From the NCBI RefSeq assembly GCF_006345805.1, contig NW_021824240.1, forward strand, positions 1 to 19,488: 19,488 nucleotides of DNA, given 5' to 3'. Positions within the stretch are counted from its first letter, which is position 1; each line of letters starts with the position of its first letter. The notes beneath the pieces are model-generated. The model was not told the DNA's origin. It saw only the letters and a program-made list of their open reading frames with translations, and did not search any database. Shown here piece after piece: positions 1 through 10,982 of this stretch. The position numbers were made by a program, and so were the translations under genes. Origin of the DNA: Octopus sinensis (taxonomy: Eukaryota).

Positions 1-518
1 ATAGGGACATATTTGCTTCGTAGGTGTAAAGACAATGGAATGTATTACTGCCATCACGAGGAACATCAACGTAGACACACAGAGAAAGATCTACACAGCA
101 CACGTACAAAGATACACACAGCACACAGTGTACATACATACACACGTGCGTGCGCACAAACACACACGCTCAAAAAGGACAGATATAAACAGATATAGAT
201 TCACACACGCGTTATCATGCAAATTCGCGCATACGAAATCATGCATCTTTATATAAACATGTATTAGAGATATTTACATGTATATAATGCATACATACAA
301 GCGCGAGTATGCATGCATCATGCACACCCACCAATAGGAATATACATATGTACTACATATATAACTGCAAATATATATATATATATATGGACACTTATAC
401 ATATGCAAATATATATATATGTATGTATAAACACATGCATAAATGCATACATACATATATAATACATAAACACATACGTACATTCAAACATTCATATCTA
501 CAAACAAGCATACGTACA

Positions 519-1711
519 CAGACGCGACAAAAGTAAATAGACACCTCAGAAAACATTGTTTTATGATTTTAACTTGTAAATGTTTATATTTTTTATCAAT
601 TGACATCTTTATGTTTTAGATTCTATATGTGACTGTTTAATCATGACATATACAAAAGAAGCCTTGGAACTCTCTGAATTTCAAAGATACCGTATTGTGG
701 GTCATTCTGAAGTGGACATAGCGTAAAATAGCAGTAAACCTTGGGATCCGTCTTTCTAAAATTAATAGTGATTGTGCAATTCACTGGAGAGTGGAAGGAG
801 TCCACATCACCTTGCCCAGATCAACCAGAGCCTCTGACAGGACCCTTCTCTTTGTTAAGACAAGTGTGGAGAATAATCCTTGTCGCAAGGCCTCTGACAG
901 CAGAACAAGTTGATGTCAGGTATCTCCACAAACTTGGTTAATATGGCAGACCAGCAAGAAGGAAACCAATTCTTCGACCAGTAAACATCAAGCGGAGAAA
1001 AGATTGGGCTACTGAGATGGTGGAGAGGCCACTACACTTTTAGGACACTCTCATATTCTCAAATGAATCCAGGTTTGCTGTATTTCCTGACAGTGATCGG
1101 GCGTGGGTCTGGAGACTGCGATCAAGAATTTGACATGAAAAGATTGCTGCCAACAATAAAACACGGCAACTATTCTGTGATACTCTGGGGAGAAATTTGA
1201 AGCAATGGAGTGTGATGGAAACATAAACTCAGATAAATATGTGTCCATATTGCAGAAAGGATTCATTCCAATCTTCTCCAGTGGTGAAGTGATTAAAGAA
1301 GACTATTTATCTATGGAAGATGGGGCTCCTTGTTACACGGCTAAAATGACCCAAGATTTTCTGGATGAAAATGGCATTAAAAAGATTCCATGGCCAAGCC
1401 ATTCACAAGATAAGAAGCCTATTGAACACCACTTAGACATATTGGACATAAGAAAGAACAAGGAAGCATCTCCAAAGCCAGGTCTTTTGAGATTACTGCA
1501 GGAAACTTGGCAAGAAATTCCCCAAGAGAATATTCGTCATTTGATCAGTAACATGCCTAATACGGTCCTTGCATTGAAAAATGCACAGGGCATGTCTTGT
1601 AAATATTAAATATTCACGTTATAACAATTAATAAATAATTTGAATGTATAATTTCAGATTTAAATAAATTCTAATAATTATTACGGTGTCTATTTACTTC
1701 TGTCATGTCTG
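519..1711 (+). mobile_element. Tc1-like (IS630/Tc1/mariner, DD34E) DNA transposon, degenerate, both TIRs retained
   Basis: 27-bp TIRs: 519-545 cagacgcgacaaaagtaaatagacacc and 1685-1711 ggtgtctatttacttctgtcatgtctg (24/27 match to the reverse complement). They start with CAG as is typical of Tc1 and enclose a transposase remnant. The expected TA target duplication is decayed (CA left, TC right). Confidence 0.9.
643..1609 (+). pseudogene. Tc1-family transposase pseudogene
   Basis: N-terminal MTYTKEALELSEFQRYRIVG (HTH start), then GRPARRKPILRPVNIKRRKDWA, IFSNESRF (first catalytic D appears as N at 1062-1064), MEDGAPCY and WPSHSQDKKPIE with 34 residues between D and E. The C-terminus LQETWQEIP...LISNMP...GMSCKY* is typical of Tc1. 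Multiple stops and frameshifts lie upstream of the 1205-1609 ORF. Confidence 0.9.
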
Positions 1712-1873
1712 TCTACACAAACACGTACACGCACGTACACATACACACATATACATGTATACTTACATGCATACATACATGCATGCATACATATATACAC
1801 ATTCATACACACATACATACCATCTCTCCTCCAAGCGTTCAATTTTTTACCCTCACTTTAAATTATATATATA

Positions 1874-2271
1874 TTACTCTTTTACTCTTTTACTTGTTTC
1901 AGTCAGTTGACTGCAGCCATGCTGGAGCACCACCTTTAATCGAGCAAATTGACCCCGGGACTTATTCTTTTTGTAACCCCAGTACTTATTCTATCGGTCT
2001 CTTTTGCCGAACCGCTAAGTAACGGGGACATAAACACACCAGCCATCGGTTGTCAAGCATGCTAGGGGACAACCAGACACAACAAACACCCACGCACACA
2101 TATATACATATACATATATACGACGGGCTTCTTTCAGTTCCGTCTACCAAATCCACTCACAGGCTTTGGTCGGCCCGAGGCTATAGATAGAAGACACTTG
2201 CCCAAGGTGCCACGCCGTGGGACTGAACCCGGAACCATGTGGTTGGTTAGCAAGCTACCTACCACACAGCC
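1874..2271 (-). mobile_element. tRNA-derived CORE-like SINE, copy 1 (slightly 5'-truncated)
   Basis: The reverse complement is collinear with the copies at 18745 and 19153: ggctgtgtgg (A-box part), ggttcagtcc (B-box-like), gtggcaccttgggcaagtg (CORE-like), an internal TA/TG tract and an (agagtaaa)n tail. It resembles octopus OR-type CORE-SINEs (from memory). Confidence 0.9.
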
Positions 2272-2347
2272 CAAGATCGATATTTAAATACCGATCTTAT
2301 CAGGTGGCCAGCATGGGAATAAAAACTTCAAAGGTAATACTTATTTA

Positions 2348-2567
2348 AAATTATAATTTAGGGTATCTAAGAGATACCACCACGCTGGAAATAGCAGTCA
2401 AAACATGACTCTAAAACCACATTAAATGTTCATATAGCACCAGGAGAGAAGACAGAGACAAAATAAACTAGCAAAAAAATTACTGGATAATTCCAGATCC
2501 CGGATTTCTGACTCAGCGTAAGAAATGCTTGTCTTTCATTAGTGGAATATACTCAGATAGCTCATAA

Positions 2568-2612
<45 letters not shown>

Positions 2613-2720
2613 ACATACGATATACTTACATTTAATGAACATTAAATGTGGTTTTAGAGTCTAGTTTTGACTGCTATTTCCAGCGTGGTGCTATCTGTTA
2701 GATGACCTACATTATAATTT
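2348..2720. repeat. 86-bp inverted repeat pair (2348-2433 / 2635-2720) around a ~200-bp spacer with (TA)n
   Basis: Manual ungapped alignment of the left arm with the reverse complement of the right arm gives 78/86 identity. Confidence 0.9.
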
Positions 2721-3066
2721 ATATATATATACACACACATATATATATATATATATATGCAGACACACATGTTGACACATACTTAGCGTTACCCTCCCAT
2801 CTATATATGTAGCTTTGCTCATACATCTGTAACTTTGCCCATATTTATGTATGCATATTATCCTATGTACACACATGCTAAGCGCGGGATTTATGCAGAC
2901 GATCTTGAAACTGAGGGCTAAATCTGAAATATGTAGTGTTGGTCTTACCCAAGCTAATGACCGTGTGAATAGAAGTATTCAGCAAGGCAATGATTTCGTG
3001 GAAGTTTCTTTTGTGTGACACAAAACTGCTATCACTAATATGTGATGATCTCACTTGTACTTGTAG

Positions 3067-3408
3067 CGACATTCACCCTGGGCGGGTTGAGTCGGCTTCT
3101 TCCACCACCCTCGAGGCATCTCGAACCATGGCGGTGGAAGAAGTTTCGTGGGAATATGAATTTCACAAGCGGTCCCCAACAATCCCGCATGTAGAGACAT
3201 CCTGTTTGCTCCAGATTGTCCGCAGACGCAGGGACAGAACGACCGAGGAGCCGCCGGTTGCCGAAACAGGCACTCCGAGGATATGTGATGGTAATGATGG
3301 AAGTGGCTTTGTTTATTTTCGTAATCAGTGTTTCGGGCATTTACCACACATCTCGTACCTCATAAATAGATATCTGTCTAGACAGGAGAATAAGGCTTTC
3401 TCAGCTGC
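3067..3408 (+). CDS. Candidate internal coding exon of an unidentified gene (342 nt, phase 2-2)
   Basis: Non-repetitive, GC-richer island with an open frame (ORF 2990-3412). Acceptor ...cacttgtacttgtAG at 3065-3066, and a consensus donor GTAAGT at 3409-3414 that overlaps the ORF stop. No protein family recognised. The minus strand also has open frames and splice-like signals. Confidence 0.3.
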
Positions 3409-3889
3409 GTAAGTGTTACTTCATTTACTTGCATTTGTATACTCATTGGATATTTTCTGTAATCTCCAGTTTCTTTTGAAGTCCGTGCCGTTGACTTCTA
3501 ATTTCCAGATTTGAGTTAATAACATTTCTGCCTCTTACTTGTATTGGAAAATCGTTTGTAGACAAAACAGAAGTTTTGTCTGTCAGAGTATGAACATAGG
3601 CTGAACGTTGCGTAGCTAATCACGCCAAATGAATTATGTACGCGGCCATACATCGTCATTAGACAACAGAATGTCTATATCCGAATTCGAAACCTCACGG
3701 CTGCAATACATTTTATAGAAAAGTGTAAAATAGAAAAAGAATATAAAAAGAACATTCCTGTTACTGATGAAAATGCACCGAGTAAGACCAAGCTGAAATT
3801 TTTTGAACAACATTAAATCTTAATGGAATTTACAAAACCTAAAACGAAAACCAGACTACCAAAATCAAAACAGAGGAAATATAATAGAG

Positions 3890-4363
3890 GTATGTATATA
3901 AAATGAGGTATATTTAAAAAGAAACAATAATTTGAAAGATTCTTTAAAATGTAAGTCTGGGGGAAAATATAAAAGCAAATACGCCACGAATAATGTGCAA
4001 AAGACCAAATACATAACATTAGGTACATAATATTACACACATAGATACACACATACATACAATGCATACATACATACATACATGCATACATACATGCATA
4101 CATGCATACATGCATACTATGCATACATACAAAGGTACGTACTACATACATACATACATACATACATGCATGCATACATCCGTATAATACATGTACATAT
4201 ATATATGCATACATACATGAGTACATATATATGCATTACATAGACACACACATATATACACATACATACATACGTACACATATATTTATACATACGTACA
4301 TACAGGTATATATATCTAATATAAATAAATATACATATATATATATATATACATACATATATA

Positions 4364-4444
<81 letters not shown>

Positions 4445-4573
4445 TTCATGTATGTATAATAAATGAAAAATATTTAAAAAGAAGCAATAATTTGAAAGAT
4501 TCATTGAAAAGTAAGTCTGAGGAAGAAATAAAAAAACAAATAATACCCAACGAATAAAGCGCAAAAAACCAAA
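3890..4573 (+). repeat. ~120-bp diverged direct repeat (3890-4009 / 4450-4573) flanking a (CATA)n-(TA)n tract
   Basis: Shared core tatttaaaaagaaRcaataatttgaaagattc...gtaagtctg...acgaataa...gcaaaa.accaaa in both copies. Confidence 0.8.
4035..4445. repeat. Compound microsatellite (CATA)n/(CATG) then (TA)n
   Basis: Directly visible simple repeats. Confidence 0.95.
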
Positions 4574-5539
4574 AGAATATCTAAGAATAAATTAACATTT
4601 GTAAAGTCAGAGAATCCTTTAAGCTTCTTCCTACATCAGTTGCATTTCTTACATTAGTAAAGCTGTTAAGGTTGTTTGTCGTTGGAAGAGTTTTGCATAA
4701 TTTTTACGCAAAGAGACGCACATAAATAAGTAATGAGTAAAAATTACAAACGATTTCTCTATCTGCCACAAGGCTAATGCAAGCGGGGGAAATATTTAAA
4801 TAGACTACAGTAGAGAAATTAATTAAAAGTTAATATAAATCAGAAGAAACTTAAGGATGAGGCACAAAATACAAATTTTTAGAAGCAGGTACGTACACAA
4901 ACACATACACACACACTGTCACACATTCCCACACACATATATGCTCCTTCATACACCTAAACACAAATAGAGATCTCTGTCTTTGGCACTTCCATCTACA
5001 TCTCTCCCCACATATATGTGTGTATGTGTCTTTGTATGGTTGTGTGTTTCTGTGTAAGTTTATTTGTGCGTGTGTATACAGGTTTGTGTGAATAAATACA
5101 TATACTATTACTATGTATATATGCTAATATAATATACACAAACAACACAAACATGAACATATTTTCTCAGTATGTAAATATACATTTATGTGTGTGTATA
5201 TGTATATATATACGCAGGCACAAGCATGTAGATATGATATTTATGTATTTATGTTTGATTATAATTACATGTATATTTGCATTCACATGCACACATACAC
5301 ACACATACTCAGACACACAGGCAGACGGACAGACGGACATATAGATATTAAACATTCAGGTTTTCTCACATGTCAATTGTGTTTATAAATAAGCCTAAGG
5401 TCAGGCTTATATGATATAATATTTATATTTACAGCAATTCTTGATCAACGCTTTTATCGCGCTATACACACACACACACGTACACACACAGGTACACACA
5501 AAAACACACTAACACACACAAATGTATGTATGTAAATGT

Positions 5540-5542
5540 CTT

Positions 5543-5574
<32 letters not shown>

Positions 5575-5640
5575 CATATACATATATAGATATATATATA
5601 TATATATATAAAGAGAGACAGATAAATAGATAGATAGATG

Positions 5641-5673
<33 letters not shown>

Positions 5674-5870
5674 CAGACAGGTAGATCGATAATTGACAGA
5701 TAGATAGATAGACAGATAATAGATAGATAGATAGATAGATAGATCGATAGAGATAGATTAGATAGATAATAGATAACTAGATAGATAATAGTAGATAGAT
5801 AGATGATAGATAGATAGATAGATAGTAGATAGATAGATAGATAGATAGATATAGATAGATAGATAGATAC
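5540..5870. repeat. Compound microsatellite (CT)n-(TA)n-(GATA)n
   Basis: Directly visible; the long (GATA)n run spans about 5620-5870. Confidence 0.95.
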
Positions 5871-6840
5871 GGATATGCATTTAATTTTCTCTACTAATGT
5901 ATGCCTATGAAAATCCAAGTGTAATGAAACCTTTGGTACAATATTAATAGTTAATGTAAACAATAATAATAACCGCAATATTAATACTAACAACGACTGA
6001 GAAAATCTCAATGAAAATTATGATGATAGTTTTTGATATGATAACATGTTTTTAACTTCAAACTTTGAAAAGTGAAAATGAAATTACACTCAGCACGTTA
6101 TGTCAAAGTTACACATCTTTCTTAATAACGAAGTTGCTGTTGCCTGGAGTGTTCTTAGCTTTAAATGAAAATATAGATCGTGTGTTTTTCTGTGTTTGTG
6201 TGTTCGTGATTGTTTGTATGTATATCTATGACTACAGTTTTCTGTGTATGTAGGTATACGTGTATGTAGGTATACGTTATGTATATACACGTGTTTACGT
6301 GGTGTACGTGCGTTCATGTGGTGTGTAAATATATATATGTGTGTTCATGTTTGTATGTTAATATACCTTGTAGATGTGTCTACGTTTAAGAACATTCAGA
6401 TTTATGTAAGTTATACAGAATCGAGGGAAACATAATTGAACTTGATATGAAAAATGTTTTGGAGTGTGATATATTATTATCTAATGGTAGAGCCCTTGAT
6501 CTCTGAAATAATGTTTATAACATTATCCACTTTTGATGGCTTATGTCCCCCAAATTCCCTTTCGGGATTTAATATTTTGACACGAAGAATCGAATAAATA
6601 CAGCAAAGACTTTTGGACATAATTCTTCCCTTTGCACCATTTTCGATTTTAAGAGTCACAATAACACCAGTAACAATAACAACAGCGAAAATTACTTATC
6701 ATCAAGTGAGGGTAAAATTCCAAGAAAAATTTGTGTGGAGGTTTATTATAAAGATGACGGGAAAGAAAGGGAAAAGAGAATGATATGCGATGAAATTTTA
6801 CATAGCATAACAATACAGTGCTGGCACAGGAAGATATTCA

Positions 6841-7146
6841 ACTGATGAAAACATTACAGGTATAGAAAACATAGCAAAATATCAGGACCTAGCTATTGAA
6901 TTACAGAGATTATGGAAAGTGCGGGTAAAATGTATCCCAGTAGTTCTAGGAGTATTAGGAACTATCCCTAAATATTTGAACAGATGACTAGAGGAAATAG
7001 GCATAAAACCCAGAAGACAATGTTATTAGGGACAGCTAGGATACTTAGGAGGGTTCTTGGTATCTAAAGTTACTTGTTGCAGCACGATGTTAGAAGCTTT
7101 TATTCTTTTTTAACAGTCTAATATTTTGAGTGTATTTGAAAATAAA
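6841..7146 (+). mobile_element. 3' fragment of an RLE-type non-LTR retrotransposon (R4/Dong-like), copy A
   Basis: Translates to ENIAKYQDLAIELQRLWKVRVKCIPVVLGVLGTIPKYLNR*LEEIGIK and, after a frameshift, QKTMLLGTARILRRVLGI* (stop 7065-7067). This is the characteristic C-terminus of R4-clade ORFs. A short 3' UTR follows, ending ...tgaaaataa. Both boundaries are approximate. Confidence 0.8.
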
Positions 7147-7967
7147 GTAAAAACATGGAAGGGGATAATGTACGGTCATTTTGCAAGAGACGTGAAAGCG
7201 AAGACAGATACAGAAGACCGGTGGCTATGGATGAGGAGGAGTGACCTGAAGATAGAGACAGAATCATTCATATGGGCAGCCCAAGAACAAACGTCAAGAC
7301 CCAACTATGTGAAGTGCAGAATAGACAACACTACCAACAGCGACAATGGCAGAATGTGTGGTGACAGGGGTGAAAAGGTATGGCACATCGTTAGCGAATG
7401 CCTGAAATTGGTACAACGCGAATATAAAAGACGTCATGACAATGTGGCAAGAATGATCCATTGGGAGCTCTATGGAAATCACGGCCTACAGAGAGCAAAC
7501 ACGTGACATGAGCAAACCCCTGGAGGAGTCACTGGAAATGAGAATTGCAAAATCCTATGGGATACAATGATCCAGTGCGATCACCTGACCAGACATCGGA
7601 AACCGGACATCCTGAGCTGAATAAAAAAGAAAGAAAATGTATGATAATCGATACAGAATGCCCCGGGAACAACGGGATCAATGTGAAAGAGGAAAGATAA
7701 CCAACTATGACGATTTGAAGGAGGAAATACGAATGTTGTACCAATGAAGAGATTAGACGTGAAACCAATTGCAATTGGTGCACTTGGAGGTATCAGCACT
7801 CAACTATCAGAATGGCTAAGAAAAGATTGGTGCAAGTGTGAAGGCAGAGTTCTTCGAAGGGTTTTTTGAAGCAAGACCAGTAAACAAGTGTCACCTTAAT
7901 CTGCTGGCTGTGGACAGCAGACGCTTTCTATCATACCTAGCAAAACGAGCTATGAGTTTTCATCACA
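7147..7967 (+). mobile_element. 5'-truncated RLE-type non-LTR retrotransposon (R4/Dong-like), copy B, degenerate
   Basis: WKGIMYGHF...DLKIETESFIWAAQEQ, decayed CCHC knuckle (G)RMC-x8-H-x4-C, YKRRHDNVA, KILWD, RKPDI (7597-7611), MIID-x3-P, YDDLKEEI, PIAIGALG, VLRR. In-frame stop at 7504-7506 and several frameshifts. The 3' UTR runs into (TAA)n. Confidence 0.9.
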
Positions 7968-8172
7968 TAATAATAATAATAATAATAAATAATAATAAAT
8001 AATAATAATAATAATAATAACCATAATAATAATAATGAGAAGAAGACGAAGAAAAGAAGAAGAAGAAGAGAAGAAGAAGAAGAAGAAGAAGAAGAAGAAA
8101 GAAGAAGAAGAAGAAGAAGAAGAAGAAGAAAGAAGAAGAAAAAGAGAAGAAGAATAAGAAGAAGAAGAAAGA
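7968..8172. repeat. (TAA)n (7968-8036) followed by (GAA)n (8037-8172)
   Basis: Directly visible; the TAA run abuts the retrotransposon 3' end. Confidence 0.95.
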
Positions 8173-9994
8173 AATTAAAGATGTAGCAAAAGTGCAAGTA
8201 CAAAGGTATGGACAACAATAAGGAAAAAATTGTTGTAATTTAGGGAATGTGTAAAAATAAAATGAAATACAAATAAATCGAAGATAAAAATATACTTTGA
8301 ACAAAAGTCGTAAGCGAATTTGAAAAGATCATGTAATTATATACTCTCCTCCTCTCCCTCTCTCTCTCACACTGTAAATACGTGTGTTGGAGGGAAGGTG
8401 TGCCTTGGTGTGCGTGACTGAGTATTTGTGCAATATATATATATATATATATATATATAATAACAGATCACAAATTCCCTGGCAGAGAATCGAAAGGGCA
8501 TATGCATCGGTAATAATAAGTATTCTTTTAGATGAAGCTATTTTACTACCTATGTATATATATCTATGTATGCATCTACGTTATGTACGTCTTATTTATA
8601 TATGGATATATGCAAGTGCGGTGTAGATATGTTCGTGTGTATGCTTAGAAATTGTAATCAGCTGATATATGAATCTACTAGAATGAGAAAAAGAGAGAGC
8701 AAGAGCAAGCGGGAGAGAGATAGAGAGTGAAAGAGATCGTGTGTGTGCGTGTGGGTGCATATGTACATCTACAGTGGGTTGCGTGTATGGGCAGAGAAGC
8801 GCAGGTACTCGTGCTTAAAAAATACATATATTGTACCATATATACCTATATATATATGTATATATATATGTTGTTTATATGTATATATTTGTGTGTATGT
8901 AGACATATATATATATATATATAATATATACGCACAGACATGTATGCGTGTATGTATTAATACTTATACACTAAAAGATATGGAGAGATAAATAATAAAT
9001 ATATTATATATTTATAGATAGACAGATAAATACATATTTATGTATATATACGCACACACATACACACATGTAAATATACGTATAGATATAGATACGTAGA
9101 TAGTTGCATACATAAATAAATACATATATATTTGTTTGTGTGTGAGTGTATGCGTGTATAAGTATAAATATATATATGTGTATGTGTACTTATGTATGTA
9201 TGTACGTATGTATGTATGTATGTATGTATGTAAATTGAACATGTGCCTTTAATTGAAGAGTTGGAAAGACAAATGATGCCATTGCCATTTCAAGAAAAAT
9301 ATATCTAAGAATAGCAATGGAATCAAAGCGGTTGATTGTAAGGAGAATCTACATGAAAAGGCGAGGGCAATGGAGGCGGATGTGAGGTGGGGTGGAGAGG
9401 GGGTTAGATCAATGCGTAATGATTATTACACTCAATACTAAAGTATAAAACAATAGCTAATGTAATTTTAGTCATATATATATACATATTATACATATAT
9501 ACACATACACACATCTATATATGTATATATATATATACGACACAGAGTCAACATATATTTTTACAGATATATCTATAGCTACATGCTCAAATTATTGTGG
9601 TATGTAATATATTATAATATATATATATATTTTATATATATATATATATTATATATATATATATATTATATTCATGCGTACTATATATATTATATATGTA
9701 TATGTATATATACCACACAATACACTTGTGTATATTTGTGGGAGATAGAATGTGCGTGCGCACGCGTAATGTCTCGATAGCAAAAAATTAAATGGAAGTA
9801 AATGAAAAAAAGTAAATGGAACTTTGTATTCACGTTTTTTTTTTTCTTAGTAACCAAATGCAAAATTTAAAGAATTTAATAGATGGTAAAATATGATATA
9901 TATATATATAATATATATATATTACCATATTTTCTATTGAAAATACATGCATGTTATATGCACACATCACACACAGAGAACAAATATGCATATG

Positions 9995-10030
<36 letters not shown>

Positions 10031-10260
10031 CTATATATATATATAATATATGCATATAATTTCCATTTCAAAGAATCTATTAACTTCATTCATGTTTTAT
10101 CATTTGGGATAAAATGAAAAAATATATATTATTAAAAGTTGTAAGTTCTTTGTGGATATATTACGAAGCATTCATACTTACACACAACTCACGTACATGC
10201 ACAGGCATACACTACACGCACCACATATTTTTGCAATAACACACACAACACACACACATG

Positions 10261-10339
<79 letters not shown>

Positions 10340-10458
10340 ATATAATTATATCTAACATTTATTTTTTCAATATCTACGATACATAACCCCCCTCTTGTAC
10401 TCTGTAAAATTTCTTTATTTAATGTAAATTGTTATTAAAAGAGACTGAAAAAAGAAAC

Positions 10459-10530
<72 letters not shown>

Positions 10531-10550
10531 GTCTGTCTATCTGTCTGTCT
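10459..10550. repeat. (ATCT)n/(GTCT)n microsatellite
   Basis: Directly visible. Confidence 0.95.
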
Positions 10551-10670
10551 ACCTATGTATCTTTCCCAACTATATCTGTGTATGAATATATATATATATA
10601 TACTAGCTGAAGGTGACCCGCTCTACGCGCGGGTAAGAGTGTGGTTGTTACTTTCTGTTGCTTCCTTTCA

Positions 10671-10982
10671 GCACGTAAAAAGCACCATCCGAACGTGGTG
10701 GATTGCAGCGCCGCCTTGACTGGCTTTCTGTGCTGGTGACACGTAAAAGCACCAACCGATCGTGGCCGCTGCCAGCCCCCCTGGCACCTGTGCAGGCGGC
10801 ACGAAAAAAGCACCCACTACGCTCACAGAGTGGTTGGCGTTAGGAAGGCATCCACCTGTCGAAACACTGCCAGATCAGACTGGAGCCTGGTGCAGCCTCC
10901 TGGCTTCCCAGACCCCTGTCAAACTGTCCCATCCGTGCTAGCACGGAAAACGGACGTTAAACGATGATGATGAGATGATGAT
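10671..10982 (+). mobile_element. Second SINE-like retroelement family, 5'-truncated copy with (GAT)n tail
   Basis: Three gcacgtaaaagcacc-type repeat heads (10671, 10739, 10799), then gtggttggcgttaggaaggcatcc...ggacgttaaacgatgatgatga. Homologous to the reverse complement of 15448-15860. The tail resembles RTE-type LINE 3' ends (inference). Confidence 0.85.

Noticed and set aside
13-536. His/Thr/Tyr/Ile/Cys/Val-rich ORFs here and throughout the ORF track (e.g. 3813-4564, 5153-5388, 5454-6011, 8727-9242, 13696-14311, 15969-16714, 17679-18359)
   Set aside because: They are translations of (CA)n, (TA)n, (CATA)n, (GATA)n and (GT)n microsatellites, which lack stop codons in several frames.
3560-3581. 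9-bp hairpin agacaaaac-agaa-gttttgtct as a terminator or RNA element
   Set aside because: AT-rich and short, so plausible by chance in 19 kb; intrinsic terminators are not relevant to this eukaryotic context.
7937-8304. Hydrophobic poly-Leu/Phe/Ser membrane-protein-like ORFs
   Set aside because: Antisense translation of the (GAA)n and (TAA)n tracts.
9853-10108. Weak inverted similarity around TA runs (ccaaatg...ttaatagat vs atctattaa...catttgg; atggtaa/ttaccat)
   Set aside because: Short, gapped and in extremely AT-rich sequence; cannot be distinguished from background by eye.
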